DNA of 64,000 nt from Utricularia gibba (taxonomy: Eukaryota > Plantae > Magnoliophyta). Both the position numbers and the translations under genes were made by a program. The stretch covers positions 2,356,001-2,420,000 of the forward strand of contig NEEC01000016.1 in assembly GCA_002189035.1 (NCBI GenBank). Direction: 5' to 3'. This document shows, piece after piece, positions 26,276-39,367 of this stretch. Under the pieces are notes generated by a model, which had not been told where the DNA came from, did no database searches, and saw only the letters and a list, made by a program, of their open reading frames with translations. Every line of letters begins with the position of its first letter. The stretch's first letter is position 1.

Positions 26276-27255
26276 ATAACACCTAATTTTTAGTGGATTT
26301 TAATCAGCAAAGCATTTGTCTAATCTTGCGAAAATTCAGATTTTAGAATGAATTTTGATATTTTCAGAAGTTTTAGCACAATTTTCTTATATTGCTCTTC
26401 ATTGGAAATATATCAATTGATTTACTCCTAATTTTTATTTAATCTCATTTACTTAAGTATAGAAGTACACTCCAATGTAGTCACATACTAAAAAGTCCGC
26501 ATATAGCTTAGTCTATCCTAGAACGGGGATACCGAAATGGAAGCCTAAGTAGAAATAGTTGGAAAAGGAGAGATGCATGAATCCAAAGAAAGTGGAAAAA
26601 GAAAGGAAGGGAGAGAAAATATTTTGAGAAGTGAGGTATATTAGACGTTCTAAAAAAAAAAGCTACATAAGAAGTATAAAAAGTTGATGAAATATTTTTG
26701 GAGATGAAAGATTTACTATTAATAAAAAAAAGTGAGACACTTCATTTTAAAAAAAAACTCTTAATTTAGAGATGAAAACAGAGTATTGCGAATTTTCTTT
26801 TAAAACTGTTGTCAAATGCTCAGAACAGTTTTTCTTAGTTCACTTGTAAAAATTGGTAACCCTCTACTGCAAATTCCCGGAGATAGGTAATTTAAAGATA
26901 ACTTGCTGTTGTATTTTTGCTGCAAAATACAAAGCTTGGCGCCTCGTGGCTTTATGTTTCATTGTTAAATCCCAATTTTGATGGCACAAGGAAGAGCAGA
27001 TTACCACTTCGATGCCGAAATATATCGGCAACAAGGACAGCTCACTCCTCCAAGCTTCAAGGTTTTGGCCCTCTCCTGGAACCATAAAAAGTACGAGCTG
27101 AAGTGCTACATCACCTGTTACGTTGGCAGCCTGAACTGAGGGATCGATAACCTCCGCTGATGATCCACAGCATCTGCACATCGCAACTTCACGTTAAGGT
27201 GTCTGCCTACTAGGAATAGCTTCCATCGGAGCGTAAGGCAGGATGAAGGAATGCA

Positions 27256-30200
27256 TCACCATAACGAAGATTTGTATATGACTTGAGCTTGAGTGCTCCC
27301 ATCATCATGCTGCTCGGCAGTTCCTCCGGCTGCAACAACTGCAGTACCTTCTGCGGCATTAGCACTCAAAGTAGAGTCTCTATCGCCATCTGATGAATTG
27401 GATACGCAGTACTTGTTCAACCATCTGTCAGTTTCCCAGAGTAGATGCATCACACTCTCTCTCGCTGCATAACCATGGCTCTCGAATGGAAGAAGAACAA
27501 GGCGACAAGGTGCACCATGACCTTTCAATGCACTGTAAAAGCGCTCTGACTGTATTTATATATAAAAGATGCATTAGTAAATCCAAAGTAAATATGATTC
27601 AACACTGCAAAAGAATTCCACCTGCATGGTCAATGTCCCGGTATTGTTATCATCTTCACCATGGACGAGTAAAATAGGCTTTTTGATTTTATTAGCTGCT
27701 ATGAACGGGCTCATGCCGACGTAGGTATCAACAGCTTCCCACAGGGTCCTATCCTCATTCTGCATGAAGAAAATGAACGGAAATAGTACAAAGATCAACA
27801 GGATGTTGAGGAATGCACCAACTAAAGATACATATACCACTATAATATAAAGGACGAACCTGGAATCCAAATGGTGTAAGAGTTCTATTATATGCTCCAG
27901 ATCGTGCAATCCCACAACAGAAAAGGTGAGGCGCGTGAGCAAGGAGATTTGCTGTCATAAAAGCTCCATAAGAATGACCGCCTACTGCAATCTTATCAGG
28001 ATGAGCCACCTAAAGAAAGAAAAAAAATGCTGACATTTCTATGCTGTATGGTATGTTTTAGGATTTCGAAACATACTCCTCGTTGAATAACTTCGTTAAC
28101 TGCAGCCTCTGCACTTGCAACTAGTTGCTCCACATACCTAAATCACAAAAAGAAAATGTCAACGAACAGCAAAATTAAGTTTTGGATAACATATACATTT
28201 GTTCTTCCAAGTCAAGGAAGCAGGTCAGACCTGTCGTTTGCTTCTTCATCGCCCTCCCCCACAATCGGTATAGTAGGTCCAGACAAAATCACGAACCTGT
28301 GCGACCAATAGTAAATAATATAATGTATGTGTGAGATGAAGGGTCCACCGGAGAAGGGAAAGGAACCATTTATTTCCACATCGAAGTCATGTAAAGATTG
28401 GAGAATAGACTACCTTCTGGCCAACCAAAGTAATGGAGATGTTGGACCAATACCCGCGAATTCATTAGGGGAGCCACGAACTTGTCCAGCTGCATCTTTG
28501 CTTTTAAATTCTCCAGGATAAGACCACATCAAACATGGAAGGGGCCCATCACTCAAAGGATCATAATTAGGTGGCAAATATAATGTTGCACTAAGTTGAA
28601 CTCCATCCTTCCTCTTATAAGTAATCATCTCCTTCTTTAAAGAAGATAACTGGGGATAAGGATGAGGAAATTTTGTAATTTGATGCAATTTCTTATCTGG
28701 CCAAGTGACTATGTAATACTGTGTGTTTTCTGTCTTAGATTCCTTGGAAGATAAAATCTTCAACTCATTTAGATCTATCTCCTCTCCATCTTGGCCATGC
28801 ATCAAGCCGACAACTGTCTCATAATACTTGTTCGCATCGCTTTCCCAGATTCTTTCTTTACTTCCAGCATTCCTGAAATACCCCATGGTGTATTCCAAAT
28901 GTTAGCCATCTCAGAGATTAAAACGCAGTAAAAGAAATCTTCAACTCACAAATCATATAAATCTAAAAACGGAATATTGCCCTTCGGAGAAGCTCCATTC
29001 CCACTTAATAATAAATATGTGCCTTCACCCCCTGCTTCTTGACTTTTGCAATCACATAAGTTCCCATTGGAGTTTGACGCATCATTGGAGTCCCAGGATC
29101 TGAGTAAAGATCTTCAAATGACCTATCAAATAGTATACGCGGATTCATGTTCTCACATCCAGGTGAAATAGTCCAGGTTCTTGTTCTCCGTGTCTTATAC
29201 CAAGATTCATATACCAACGCAAGTGAATCATCACACCATGATATCCCACTAACATCATAAAGAAAAAAACCACATTAGTACGAAAAATCCTCATAATTAA
29301 CGATATTAGTATAACAAATTGAAGACATAAAAGACCTATCATGGATTTTCAAAATTCATGAAGCGGAACTAGAAACTTAATCAATGCATGTAGCTTCGAA
29401 AAGGAGGTTGGACTCATTGATAACAAAAGTTTCAGAGACGAGATGTTAAACAAAATAATGCTACCAGGTTGTGAAGGTTAACTTGAATGATAATATATAT
29501 TTCATTTGTACTCGGGTAAAAATTGAAGAGATGTTTAGCATGTAATCCAAACTGTAATTCTGAAATAATGAATGCATGCCCACCTCAAAGTTAACTCATC
29601 AAAAACTAGACTCTCAAACTATAGAAGCTCACATGGTACACTGAAAATTTCCACCTTGTTGATGATCTAGTGGCCTTAACTAAAGTAGTCACAAACATCC
29701 ATACACAACAAACTATCAGCCACGTCTTCAGAGAAGATGAGAGAGGAACCATACTTGAAACGAAGATCAAGCTTATGCAAAATCTGTGGAAGTTCGTTTG
29801 GAAGTGGCTCAGCAGGTTCTGAAAAAATTATGTCACGAGGAGAGACATTGATCTTTGCATCGCCACCATCTTGTGTCTCTACCCTTCAATAATTATTAAG
29901 ATGTTAATATGTGCAATCAAGATCGATAACTAATTTGACAAGGTCACATGGAAGTTGTAGTGAGCACATTCACACTATAATAACGCAGCTACACATTACT
30001 TCATCAAAGTTCTTCTGACATTCTTAATCTGCATGCCCGAAAAGTCTTGATAAATTATCTATAAATCTAACAGAAAGTATTCCTTACTCTGAAACATCGA
30101 TGTTATCTGCAACCCGCAAGACACACAGTTCCCTTTAGGATTGTTAACTGAATAAGTATATTCAAACTAATAGATAAAAGCATATTCATTCACAATCAGA

Positions 30201-32640
30201 TATGCTAATTTATTGCAGCATCATGAGTCATCTATGGCATCTTACGAGGAATGATCCTTAAAGCGCATACCAGACAAGTGATGATGGTTTATCTGCTCTC
30301 CATTGTATTGAGCGTTTTCCTCTCCGAACACTATTATGTGTTATTGGAATGTCCTCCGCAAGGGGCAAGTCACATAGTTCCCTTACGAACTTTCCATCAG
30401 CTGTCCAGAGGTCGACCTTCTTAGGAAATCTCCCACATGGCACATTAAAAGAATATGGTCTGTGTATCAAACTGGTAATCAAGTAATTTTCATCTGGTGA
30501 TGGAACCAATGATGTATATATTGCAGGGCTTCCAACAAATTTCATGCTTCCATCCAAAGATACCAAAACAAGCTGTGACGTCACATAGTAATCAAACAAA
30601 TCTTCATCATACACGTCTTTCAAAAGGTCTTGATAAGTTCTTGATTGGATGACATTCTGCTCTTCATTAGATTGGATTTTAGGTCCAAAAGGAACTAAAA
30701 GCCTTCTTGGAGGTTCCCCACGAGAGAGAGGAATGGTGCAAACCAACAGGGTTGAACTATTAATCCACACAAAGCTGAAAAGAAAAAAACACATACAGCT
30801 CAGCTAGTTGCAACATGGTGCTTCACTTAGGGTCACTGAACAGCTTACTTGTCAAAAACTGTATTCAAACAGATGTCGGGAGATTGAAAGATAGGCCTAG
30901 CTTCTCCAGAATTCATATCGGCTACCCACAATCTCAGCATGCTGCTGCTGCTATCATCCTGTTCCATGATAATTAATTCATGGCACACTTGCACATAGCA
31001 GGAATAAAACGAAGCCAGACAAAGAACACGTAAAGACGTGGAAACAATGATAATCTCAAACATATATCAACAAAAATTGGTTTCACTTGAGAAGACATCT
31101 TTAAAACATAGGGGTTCTCAACAAAATAAGGATGACAAGAGGTTACCTCATTGGTCCGTACACTGAAGGCCAAGTATTTACCATCATTTGACCTTTTACG
31201 TAAAAGGTAAAATGAATAAAATGGAATCAAAAGTATAGAAAAATTATATAAATGAGAAACAAATAACATGAAAATAAACAAGCTTCCCGAATGAACTCAT
31301 TTCTGGAAAAAAAAATTTAGCTTCAACAATTTCATTTATGCAGAAGAATGAAAGATGTTGGAGGTATTATATGATTTCAAAAGAAATTAGTGAAACTGTT
31401 TCAATCTAATGCATCAGAAACACTAAAATATTTAGAGATACAATGGATGAATAATTAAAAGAATATACCATGTGGAAAAATTGATTTTAGCATCAGTTGG
31501 CAGGCCATACACTTCCTTCTCAGGACCTAAGGTACAATCATCCAAGATCTCGAAGATGGAAATACCAGTATAGAATGACCTGAAAAAATGCAGACGCATT
31601 TTTTAGGAGAAGTGAGCAAAAGGAGTTGGAAAGCCATTATTGAATTTCGTTGATAAAATTAGCATGTAGATGGGAGATGTGTTAACTCACATTCGACTAC
31701 GAGAATTACATTTTACATCAATCCGTAGCCCAGCAAGTTTCTCTTCAGGTCTTGCCAGATCAACCAAAGGAGGCAACGACCTTCTCTTTAGGAATAACAT
31801 TTTATCCATCTGTGGAGAGAATGATAGTGTTGGAAGGGGTGGAGCATCAACGATGTCTCGAATCCCACGTACAGGAAGGCGGTATCCATTCCTGAAAGAG
31901 GAATCTACAAAAAAAAAAAAAACAAAAAATCAAATTTTCAGATCATCAGATAGCAAAAGGTTTAATCCACTAGCAGACATGAAAACGCATGCTTTTTATA
32001 AAAGAATCAATGATGCATTCGCAAGAGCAACTTCATGTCATTAATTATCAAAAGGCACACTGGTGATTGCTACCAGCTTTCACGTACTCGAAAGTAGTAG
32101 AAAAGGGAAAATCGTAATACATTGGTTTTTCACCCCTCATATATCAAATACAGTGTTAAAGAACTTAATCCGTGATCGAACCTAAGCACAGCATCAACCA
32201 GAGAGTAGAGAGGACTCCGCAAAGCATACAGAAAATAAGATTTAACAAAAAAACAAGCTTCCACTAGAAAGAACCTTCTTCAATAGTAAATTCTCGCGAA
32301 AGAAAACAATAACGAGATCTAAAAAAATGAAGTAATTAAAAAGAGGTTAAGGGAAATGAGTTTCCCCTGCTCCAAACGCCTCACCTCCTTCGCTATCGTC
32401 AGGAGTCGACGGTGAAAAATTAGCAGAGCCGCTGGATGCATCTTCTGTCTGAGCTGCTCCGGTAGGAACGATGTTGCGTAATCTGGTGGCTTGCATTCTA
32501 ATACGAGTATAAAAACGAGCTCTGAAGAAGTGCGATAGCGGAGTAGGGGAAGGAGACCTTAGAGAGATGAATTGCGGAAATGACGAAAGGAAAAACAGGC
32601 GCTGAGGAAGAATCGGAGGTTGTAAGCGGTGAAGTGGCAT
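27256..32640 (-). CDS. CGEP: Chloroplast glutamyl endopeptidase (peptidase S9), 14 exons; one apparent 1-nt frameshift
   Basis: Transit-peptide-like N-terminus MPLHRLQ..., GYRLP...IRDIVDAPPLP, DIPITHNSVRRG, catalytic GGHSYGAFM, LVHGEDDNNTGT, ESHGYAARES; ends KSSLW-stop. Frame break in the C5 run at 29028-29032 (KKQG-G-EGTYLLL needs one more base). Confidence 0.93.
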
Positions 32641-32935
32641 GCTGATGAAGGAATGGGTTTGGGGTTCAGAAAAAGGTTTTCATGATGCCTGCCATCCGGT
32701 TCGAATCTCGCGTCTGATAGGCTGGAAAGACCACTTTCAAGATTCGTGCCTAAAATTAGAGACTTTGGATTGAACCAACCAGAACCAGACGCAAACATAC
32801 GTGGAACGCAGTAAATACCAATACAACAAGATAATATCACTCTTCCCAATAGAGCAAGAGCTTCACATTCCCAGAATGATAAAAACAAGGGGGGTGGGGG
32901 GGAGAGAAAATCATGTTTCCTCAACAAAGGCAACG

Positions 32936-33112
32936 ATGGGTAGGTGGCCAACCGATCCCTTGGAGAAGACCTGCGCTAGCAATCCAGTGGAGGAGCTGAG
33001 TGCGGCAGTGCGTCACGGCAGAGACGAGAGCATGGAAACCGATCCCTTGGACTTGGAGGTTTATTGCAAGGAAAACCCGGAAACGGGGACGAGTGAAGGA
33101 TTGTTTTCCTGA
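32936..33112 (+). pseudogene. CP12: CP12-derived truncated / rearranged relic
   Basis: MGRWPTDPLEKTCASNPVEELSAAVRHGRDESMETDPLDLEVYCKENPETG. VEELSAA and DPL..YCKENPET match the CP12 core and C-terminal motifs; the AWD/second-Cys segment is missing and the terminal DEC is shifted and mutated (GAC GAG TGA). Confidence 0.72.
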
Positions 33113-33236
33113 GTTTTATTTCACAAAAAACAGCATTGACTTATCCACATCAAGAGCCCGATGAGAAATACCCTACACGTCACGAACATGAAACACGCAA
33201 ATCCTTGAAGCAGCGATATCTCCTCTCCACCCATTT

Positions 33237-33653
33237 TCAACAAGTGAAGGCGTTGGCTGAGGCAGAAATGGGTTGGCCAGGGCACGGCAGCTGCCACGGC
33301 TCAAGCAGGGTGTCCGGGATGGACGGGATGTCCACGGCCAGACCACTCACCTCAGAAGCGATTTCAAGAACAGAGTTGAGGGAACGTAGCCGGTTGGCCA
33401 GCTCAGACAGCTGTGCCCTTAGAGCATTGTTCTCGGATGCAAAGTTGATGTAAAGATCAGCTGCTCCATCTATCATTGCTCTCAACTTCTTGTTTTCTTC
33501 CTGCATCTTGCTCACTTGGCCAATCATCTCATCCATGTGCTTTCGCTTCCTCATCCGTGATCTTCGAGCCGACTCACGGTTAGACAACATTCTCTTCCTC
33601 TTCCTCTCATCCACGTCAGACCCTGGGCTAGTGGGCTGTTGTTTTGAGGCCAT
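33237..33653 (-). CDS. bZIP53: Group S1 bZIP transcription factor, bZIP53-like, intronless, 138 aa
   Basis: MASKQQPTSPGSDVDERKRKRMLSNRESARRSRMRK...ENNALRAQLSELANRLRSLNSVL...PWQLPCPGQPISASA. Confidence 0.92.
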   Translation of the reverse strand: MASKQQPTSPGSDVDERKRKRMLSNRESARRSRMRKRKHMDEMIGQVSKMQEENKKLRAMIDGAADLYINFASENNALRAQLSELANRLRSLNSVLEIASEVSGLAVDIPSIPDTLLEPWQLPCPGQPISASANAFTC

Positions 33654-33806
33654 TTTTAAGCCAAGGGGAACGTTCACTCAACAGAGTATATGATCACTTG
33701 GCAACAGAATAAAAATTAATTTCAGTTTCGCCCAAATGCTACGCTGCTGGTTCAGGTCCTTGAAAGAGTATGAATATTACCGCTAGGGGATCAGATGGCT
33801 AAAAGC

Positions 33807-33890
33807 TCATGAGAACACATAGAACCAATAGAGAAATACTACTGAAAACGAGTGGAGAATTCTTATTCTTCGCATCCGCATCCCTGTCAT
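33807..33890 (-). CDS. Conserved peptide uORF (sucrose-induced repression of translation) in the bZIP 5' UTR, 27 aa
   Basis: MTGMRMRRIRILHSFSVVFLYWFYVFS-stop; the HSFSVVFLYWFYVFS C-terminus is the S1-bZIP SIRT uORF signature. Confidence 0.92.
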   Translation of the reverse strand: MTGMRMRRIRILHSFSVVFLYWFYVFS

Positions 33891-34179
33891 AAATACTTGC
33901 GGATTGACAAGAGAAACATGGAAACTAGCCCAAATCTTCGTATTTCAGCGCAATATAGAACACTATATCGGGATCTGGATTCAGTTCAATCTGCCACCAA
34001 ATACGACAGCGGTTTCAGCAAAATTTAACCATAAAAAATAAAGCCACGAAGAGAAAAAAAAATCAAGGGACAAAGAAAACAAGATGGACTAGGGAATAAA
34101 CGGGAAAAGTAAACAAAAAGAGAAAAACAAACATGAAATACAAAGCAAAAGAAAAGGAAAGTAACCCCTAACCTTACAG

Positions 34180-34516
34180 GCGACGTCCAAATTTCGCTGA
34201 CAGAAAGAAGAGCATTGGTGTGTGGGGAGGTGGTATTTATAGGAGAAGGGAAAGGGCATAGGTGGGCATGTTAGGTAAGAAAGTGGGCTGTGATTGGTGC
34301 AACGAAGGAATCTGATTTAGGAATATCCTCAGGCGTGCCGCTCACGTCAGCGGTTACCTAATGCCTTGTTTATTGTGCCAGGCCCATCGTAACTGAAGGC
34401 CCAAAATTAGCCCACCGGAATTCCCTCAAGCGAGTCAATACTCAATGCTCAATTTCCCCGGTAGTAGCTTTTTTTCTCAAGCGCGATCCGATTTCTGAGA
34501 ATTTACCGTTGAAGTG
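34180..34516. promoter_or_regulatory. Divergent promoter between bZIP53 and VPS51
   Basis: TATAAATA on the minus strand near 34235-34242 (bZIP side), ACGT-core CACGTCA near 34343, and site II-like AGGCCCA/AGCCCA motifs at 34380-34415 (VPS51 side). Confidence 0.55.
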
Positions 34517-37500
34517 ATGATGGAATTGGACGCAGAAGCTCCGATGGATGACAAAGCGAAGCGAATGAGGGATCTTTTATCGAGTTTTTACTCACCGGAT
34601 CCTTCTTTGGCCTCATCGCTTACACAGTCGCTTAACAGTTCTTCCAGATTCGCCACGCTCGATACCATCAACACTACGGCGTTTGATGCCGATCAGTACA
34701 TGAATCTACTCGTAAGCAATTTCAAAAATCAACCTCGACTCTGAAGTTCTATAACCATGGGGCGGCCAGAGGATAAATTTTCCTTGTTCTGTTCGATGGT
34801 TAAACTCTTGCATCATATATGCCAATTTAACTGAGTGTTTTCCCATCCACTGTCTCAATTTAAAGCCTCATATTCGTTAATTTTCATGTCTATAAGGTGC
34901 AAAAGTCAAATCTGGAAGGCTTACTTCAGAAGCATGTTGAAATGGCTGCTGAGATTAAAAATCTCGACACTGATCTCCAAATGCTAGTTTATGAGAATTA
35001 CAATAAGTTCATCAGTGCAACAGATACCATCAGAAGGTAAATGAAGTCTTTTTGTTTTTTGAAAAAGTTTACGGTGTCTAAAGAATATCCATGCATTGTA
35101 GAATTTGAGGATGATTTATTTTTAAATTTTCACTTTGTGACGCAGTTCATTGCGATGCCTTTATTTTTATAAAGCTATTCACATGTTTTTCGGATAATAT
35201 AATGTGAGCCATTCTGTCATTCTTTTAAAAGTTTTCTGAGCCATGCGAATCTTTTAATTCATACTATTTTAGGATGAAGAATAATATTACAGGCATGGAG
35301 ACCAACATGGAGCAGCTACTTGAAAAGGTGTTTGTTAAGCTTTCAACTTCTTTAATTGATTTAATCGCCAACCTATATGCTCAACTTAAATTCAACAGCA
35401 TAGTAAAGTTTCCTGTCTCTGATCTTTGCTCTTTCCAGATAGTGTCTGTGCAATGTAGGAGTGACGGGTCAACACTTCTCTTTTTAAAAAGAGAGAGCAT
35501 ATAGAGAAGTTGCATTGCACTCGCAATCTTCTGCGCAAAGTTCAGGTTTTGGTCTAATGCTCTAGCTGTACAATTTGATGCTTGATAAACTGGGTTCTAA
35601 GAGTTTTTGTGTTCTTATAACAATGACTCACCAGACATTAGTAATTGGCACATCCAAAAAGGGGAATTAAAGGGATGTATGGATTGATGAAACATGCTTG
35701 CTCGTACCTTTACAAATTTTTGTTACATGTTTGCCTTTTTATGACTTGCATGCAGTTTATTTATGACTTGCCTGCAAGACTTGAGAAGTGTATAAAAGCA
35801 GAAGCCTATGCTGATGCTGTCAAGTTCTACACCGGAGCCATGCCAATTTTCAAGGTCATTTAATCCTAAATCGTGTTCTCTTCTGATCCTGTGAAACATT
35901 AATTTAGTTTTGCTCTTCTTGCAACAGGCATATGGAGATTCTTCATTTGAAGATTGTAAAAGAAAATCTGAAGCAGCTGTGGCTACAATTATAAAAAGTT
36001 TGCAAGTAGGCCCATTGACTTGAATTTCTTTTTTCCCTGATGAAGCATAGTTTTTCATTGAGCAATGAATCAAGTTTCTTTCACCAGGCGACAGTAATGA
36101 TTGTTTCCTTGATCTCAGGGTAAAGTTTTTTCGGATTCAGAGTCCATTCAAACACGATCTGAGGCTGTCATGCTTCTGCAACGCTTGGAATTCCCTGTCA
36201 GTATTTGCTGTTGAATTTTTTTAACTGCACGGATTGATTGATTCCGAATTTCTCACATATTTTAGTCCAAGAAAGGCAGGAAGATAATTCACTGTGCGTT
36301 TATCAATATGTCATCCTCTTTCGATCGTTTTCTTTATTAAAAAAAATTATCTTCATTTATTGGCAAATCATTTGCTCTGCAGCATTTCAGTATGTCTATG
36401 TTGTTGATGTTGATTTGTTTCTGCTTTTTGAGTAGGTCGAGAGCTTAAAAGCTAAATTGTTTGAGAAGCTGGAGCAATTTCTCGTCAGCATGTCTGATGA
36501 GTGTAAGGACTCAAGAGTTGGTTCAATGCATAAATCCTCTGACCAGGAAAAGGCTGCGGATTCTACTTCCCCAACTGCAACTGAGGTGACTGAAGGAATT
36601 CCTATCATTCAACCCAAAGTAAATATGCAGCTGCCAAAACATGAAGTGTAATATTAGTTCTCAATTCCAGGCTTCGGCTCAGGAATTCACAGAAGCTATT
36701 CGTGCATATAAAGTGATCTTTTTGGATTCAGAACCAGAGCTATCTAAACTTGCACAAAATTTTCTCAGCAAGTCCGTTACACTTACTCAATTGTTGATTC
36801 ATCCTCACATTCTGTGGGTGAAAGTTAACACAATACCTTTGGTGATGCCCAAATCTCAGGCATTTTGAAGCTTTAAATGAACAGATCAAGAATCATATTC
36901 ACTCTGAGGATCTTGCCTCTATGATTAGTAAGGAAACTTCTTCCAATCATTGAATGGGGTCTTTAGTCAGTTAGATTCCTTGCGCTATGGATATGTGTTC
37001 ATATGATTTTCACTATGACCCGGCTCCCTTTTGCCTTGTCATATTATCCAGGAATCATTTGGACGGATGTGCTTTTGATGGATGATGTACTACCTGAAGC
37101 TTCTCTTCAGTCATTTGCATCGGAGGTCTTATTTATCTTGCATGCTTGAATTTATCTTCTTACTTGATTCTAATTTTTCGGGATGGTTATATTGCTAGAA
37201 TATGTTTCCCTTAATGATATTGATCTTCAGTGTGGCCGCACTACTGTGAAGAACTACATTGCCAGTGCATTTAGTCACCTGTCGCATGATATTTCAGGTC
37301 AGTGTCTTCACAGCATGAACCGTTTGTTAGAAGTTCTTAATTATGTTTTGCATGTTTTGCAGGTGCACTTTCCAAAATCCATGTTACTCGAAGGGTGAAA
37401 TAGAGGAAAAGCAAGGTTTGAAGTTTGTCCTTGAGGCAAGCAAAATGACCATGATGCAAGGCAGCTTGGACATTATATTGGTACAAGAAATCTGCTTGCC

Positions 37501-39367
37501 TTTTTATCTAGGAGAACTTTACTCTTGTTTCATACATTGCACCCAGTTTTGACTCGCCCATGTCTTCTGCTCGTTTGTTGGTAGGGGTTATCTCACTGTT
37601 GCAATCATGGTCGTAATTCACATAATGTACCTCAAATTTTTAATCTCTTTTGTGTTTGCTGGGCAGGATTTCAAGAGGCTCGTTGATGAGGACTTTACAA
37701 TAGCTTTGAACTTGAGAGATTCAACAATTGTCTGGGTCCTTGAAGGTTTTCAAAACTTCTTTCAGAATCTGAACCTCTATTTCAGCCTGCTTTGTGGGAA
37801 GAGTGGCGTTGGAAATGAAGAGGTGATTGTAGAAAGAGTACCAGGTGATAAGGTGTCTCCAGGTCTTGTTTTGGTTCTCGCACAACTTTCAACGTTTATT
37901 GTTCAGAATGCCATCCCAAGAATAACCGAGGCAAGGAAACTACCTTGTAAACCTTGTATTTTGACATTCTTTGTTCATTACGAGTGGTGAGTCAACTGCA
38001 GCAATGAATTTCAGGAAATAGCATCTGCTTTTTCTGATGGTGCTGTTCGAAGGCTTCAAAAGACTATATTTGTTCCTGCAGAGGCTTGTCGTATTTTTCA
38101 GTCTTCTGGTGAAATGTTTTTGAACCTTGTAAGTATTTTTGGTATTATAATCAATGAGTATCTATTTCTTTTGGAAATTTATGCAATGAACTAGCAGCTA
38201 GGGGTGACTGAAGAATGATAACCATGTTGCTTTTTGATGATCCATTTGTTGCTGGTTTGTCTATTGCATGCTGTTTCATTTGTCTCTTGGTGAATCCCTC
38301 TGATGTGTGAGATGATGCACTCTAAGTCTGTGTGTGTGTGTGTCCTTTTTCAGTACATCAAAATTAGAAATCAGAGGATATCAATTATATTGAGTAGAAG
38401 GTTTGCTGCTCCCAATTGGCCCAAGGTGAGTTTTTTACCAATCACCTTTTTACTGCTCATGTCGCCTGCAAACAGACTTCTGCTTCTCGTTTCCCGTTAA
38501 TTCTTGGAATATTTCACTTTTTGTATTGCAGCACAAAGAGCCCAGAGAAGTGCATATGTTCGTAGATTTGCTGCTTAAGGAGGTACATAGTCTTGTTGAA
38601 TGAATAAATACTTCATTACATTTCACTTTTGCAACCGCTCAATACGCTGGCATTACTATATTACCCAAACACCGGCGATGTAGTTTGAAGAAACAAGAAT
38701 GGAAGTTGAACAAATTTTGGCTCAGAGTCCCACGCGCAAGCATCGTCGTACGGAAAGCAACGGAAGTACTACATCTTCACGCAGTAATCCTCTGAGAGAT
38801 GATAGGTTGAGCCATTCAAATAGTCAGAAGGCGAGAAGCCAGCTTCTTGAGACACATCTAGCGAAATTGTTTAAACAGAAAATGGAGATCTTCACGAAGA
38901 TTGAGCACACGCAGGTATTGCCTGCCGTTCTCTTCTTTAGCTGATGATGATGATGATGATGATGATGATTGTGTGATGGTGCATCTGATTGCAGGAATCT
39001 GTGTTGACAACAATCGTGAAACTTTCCCTCAAGAGCTTACAAGAATTCGTTCGGCTCCAGACATTTAACCGCAGTGGATTCCAGCAAATCCAGTTGGACA
39101 TTCACTTTTTCAGGTCTGCGTTGAAGGACGTGGCCGAGGATGAAGCAGCAGTGGATTTCCTGCTCGATGAGGTAGAAATGAAATAAAATTCCTGTGAGTA
39201 GAGTAGCAGAGAAATATAAGCATTTTGGCGTTGGGTGTCAGGTTATTGTTGCGTGTTCGGAGCGTTGCCTTGACCCCATCCCGTTGGAGCCTCCTATCCT
39301 GGAGAGACTGGTTCATGCCAAGGTGGGCAAGACGTCATTTGAACCCCGGCCGGCCCTCATTCCTTAG
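34517..39367 (+). CDS. VPS51: Vacuolar protein sorting-associated protein 51 (GARP/EARP subunit); two apparent 1-nt frameshifts
   Basis: MDDKAKRMRDLLSSFYSPD, EIKNLDTDLQMLVYENYNKFISATDTIR, FIYDLPARLEKCIK, LQTFNRSGFQQIQLDI, SERCLDPIPLEPPILE. Exon 35439-35545 is 107 nt (108 needed) and exon 37363-37480 is 118 nt (119 needed). Confidence 0.92.
38942..38968. repeat. (TGA)9 microsatellite in a VPS51 intron
   Basis: Directly visible. Confidence 0.9.

Noticed and set aside
26864-27181. 105-aa ORF downstream of CGEP
   Set aside because: No recognisable domain; it lies in the expected CGEP 3' UTR and terminator zone.
34517-39367. Calling VPS51 (and LACS1, CGEP) true pseudogenes
   Set aside because: The only lesions are 1-nt deletions in homopolymers, with intact splice sites and no in-frame stops; assembly error is more parsimonious until reads are checked.
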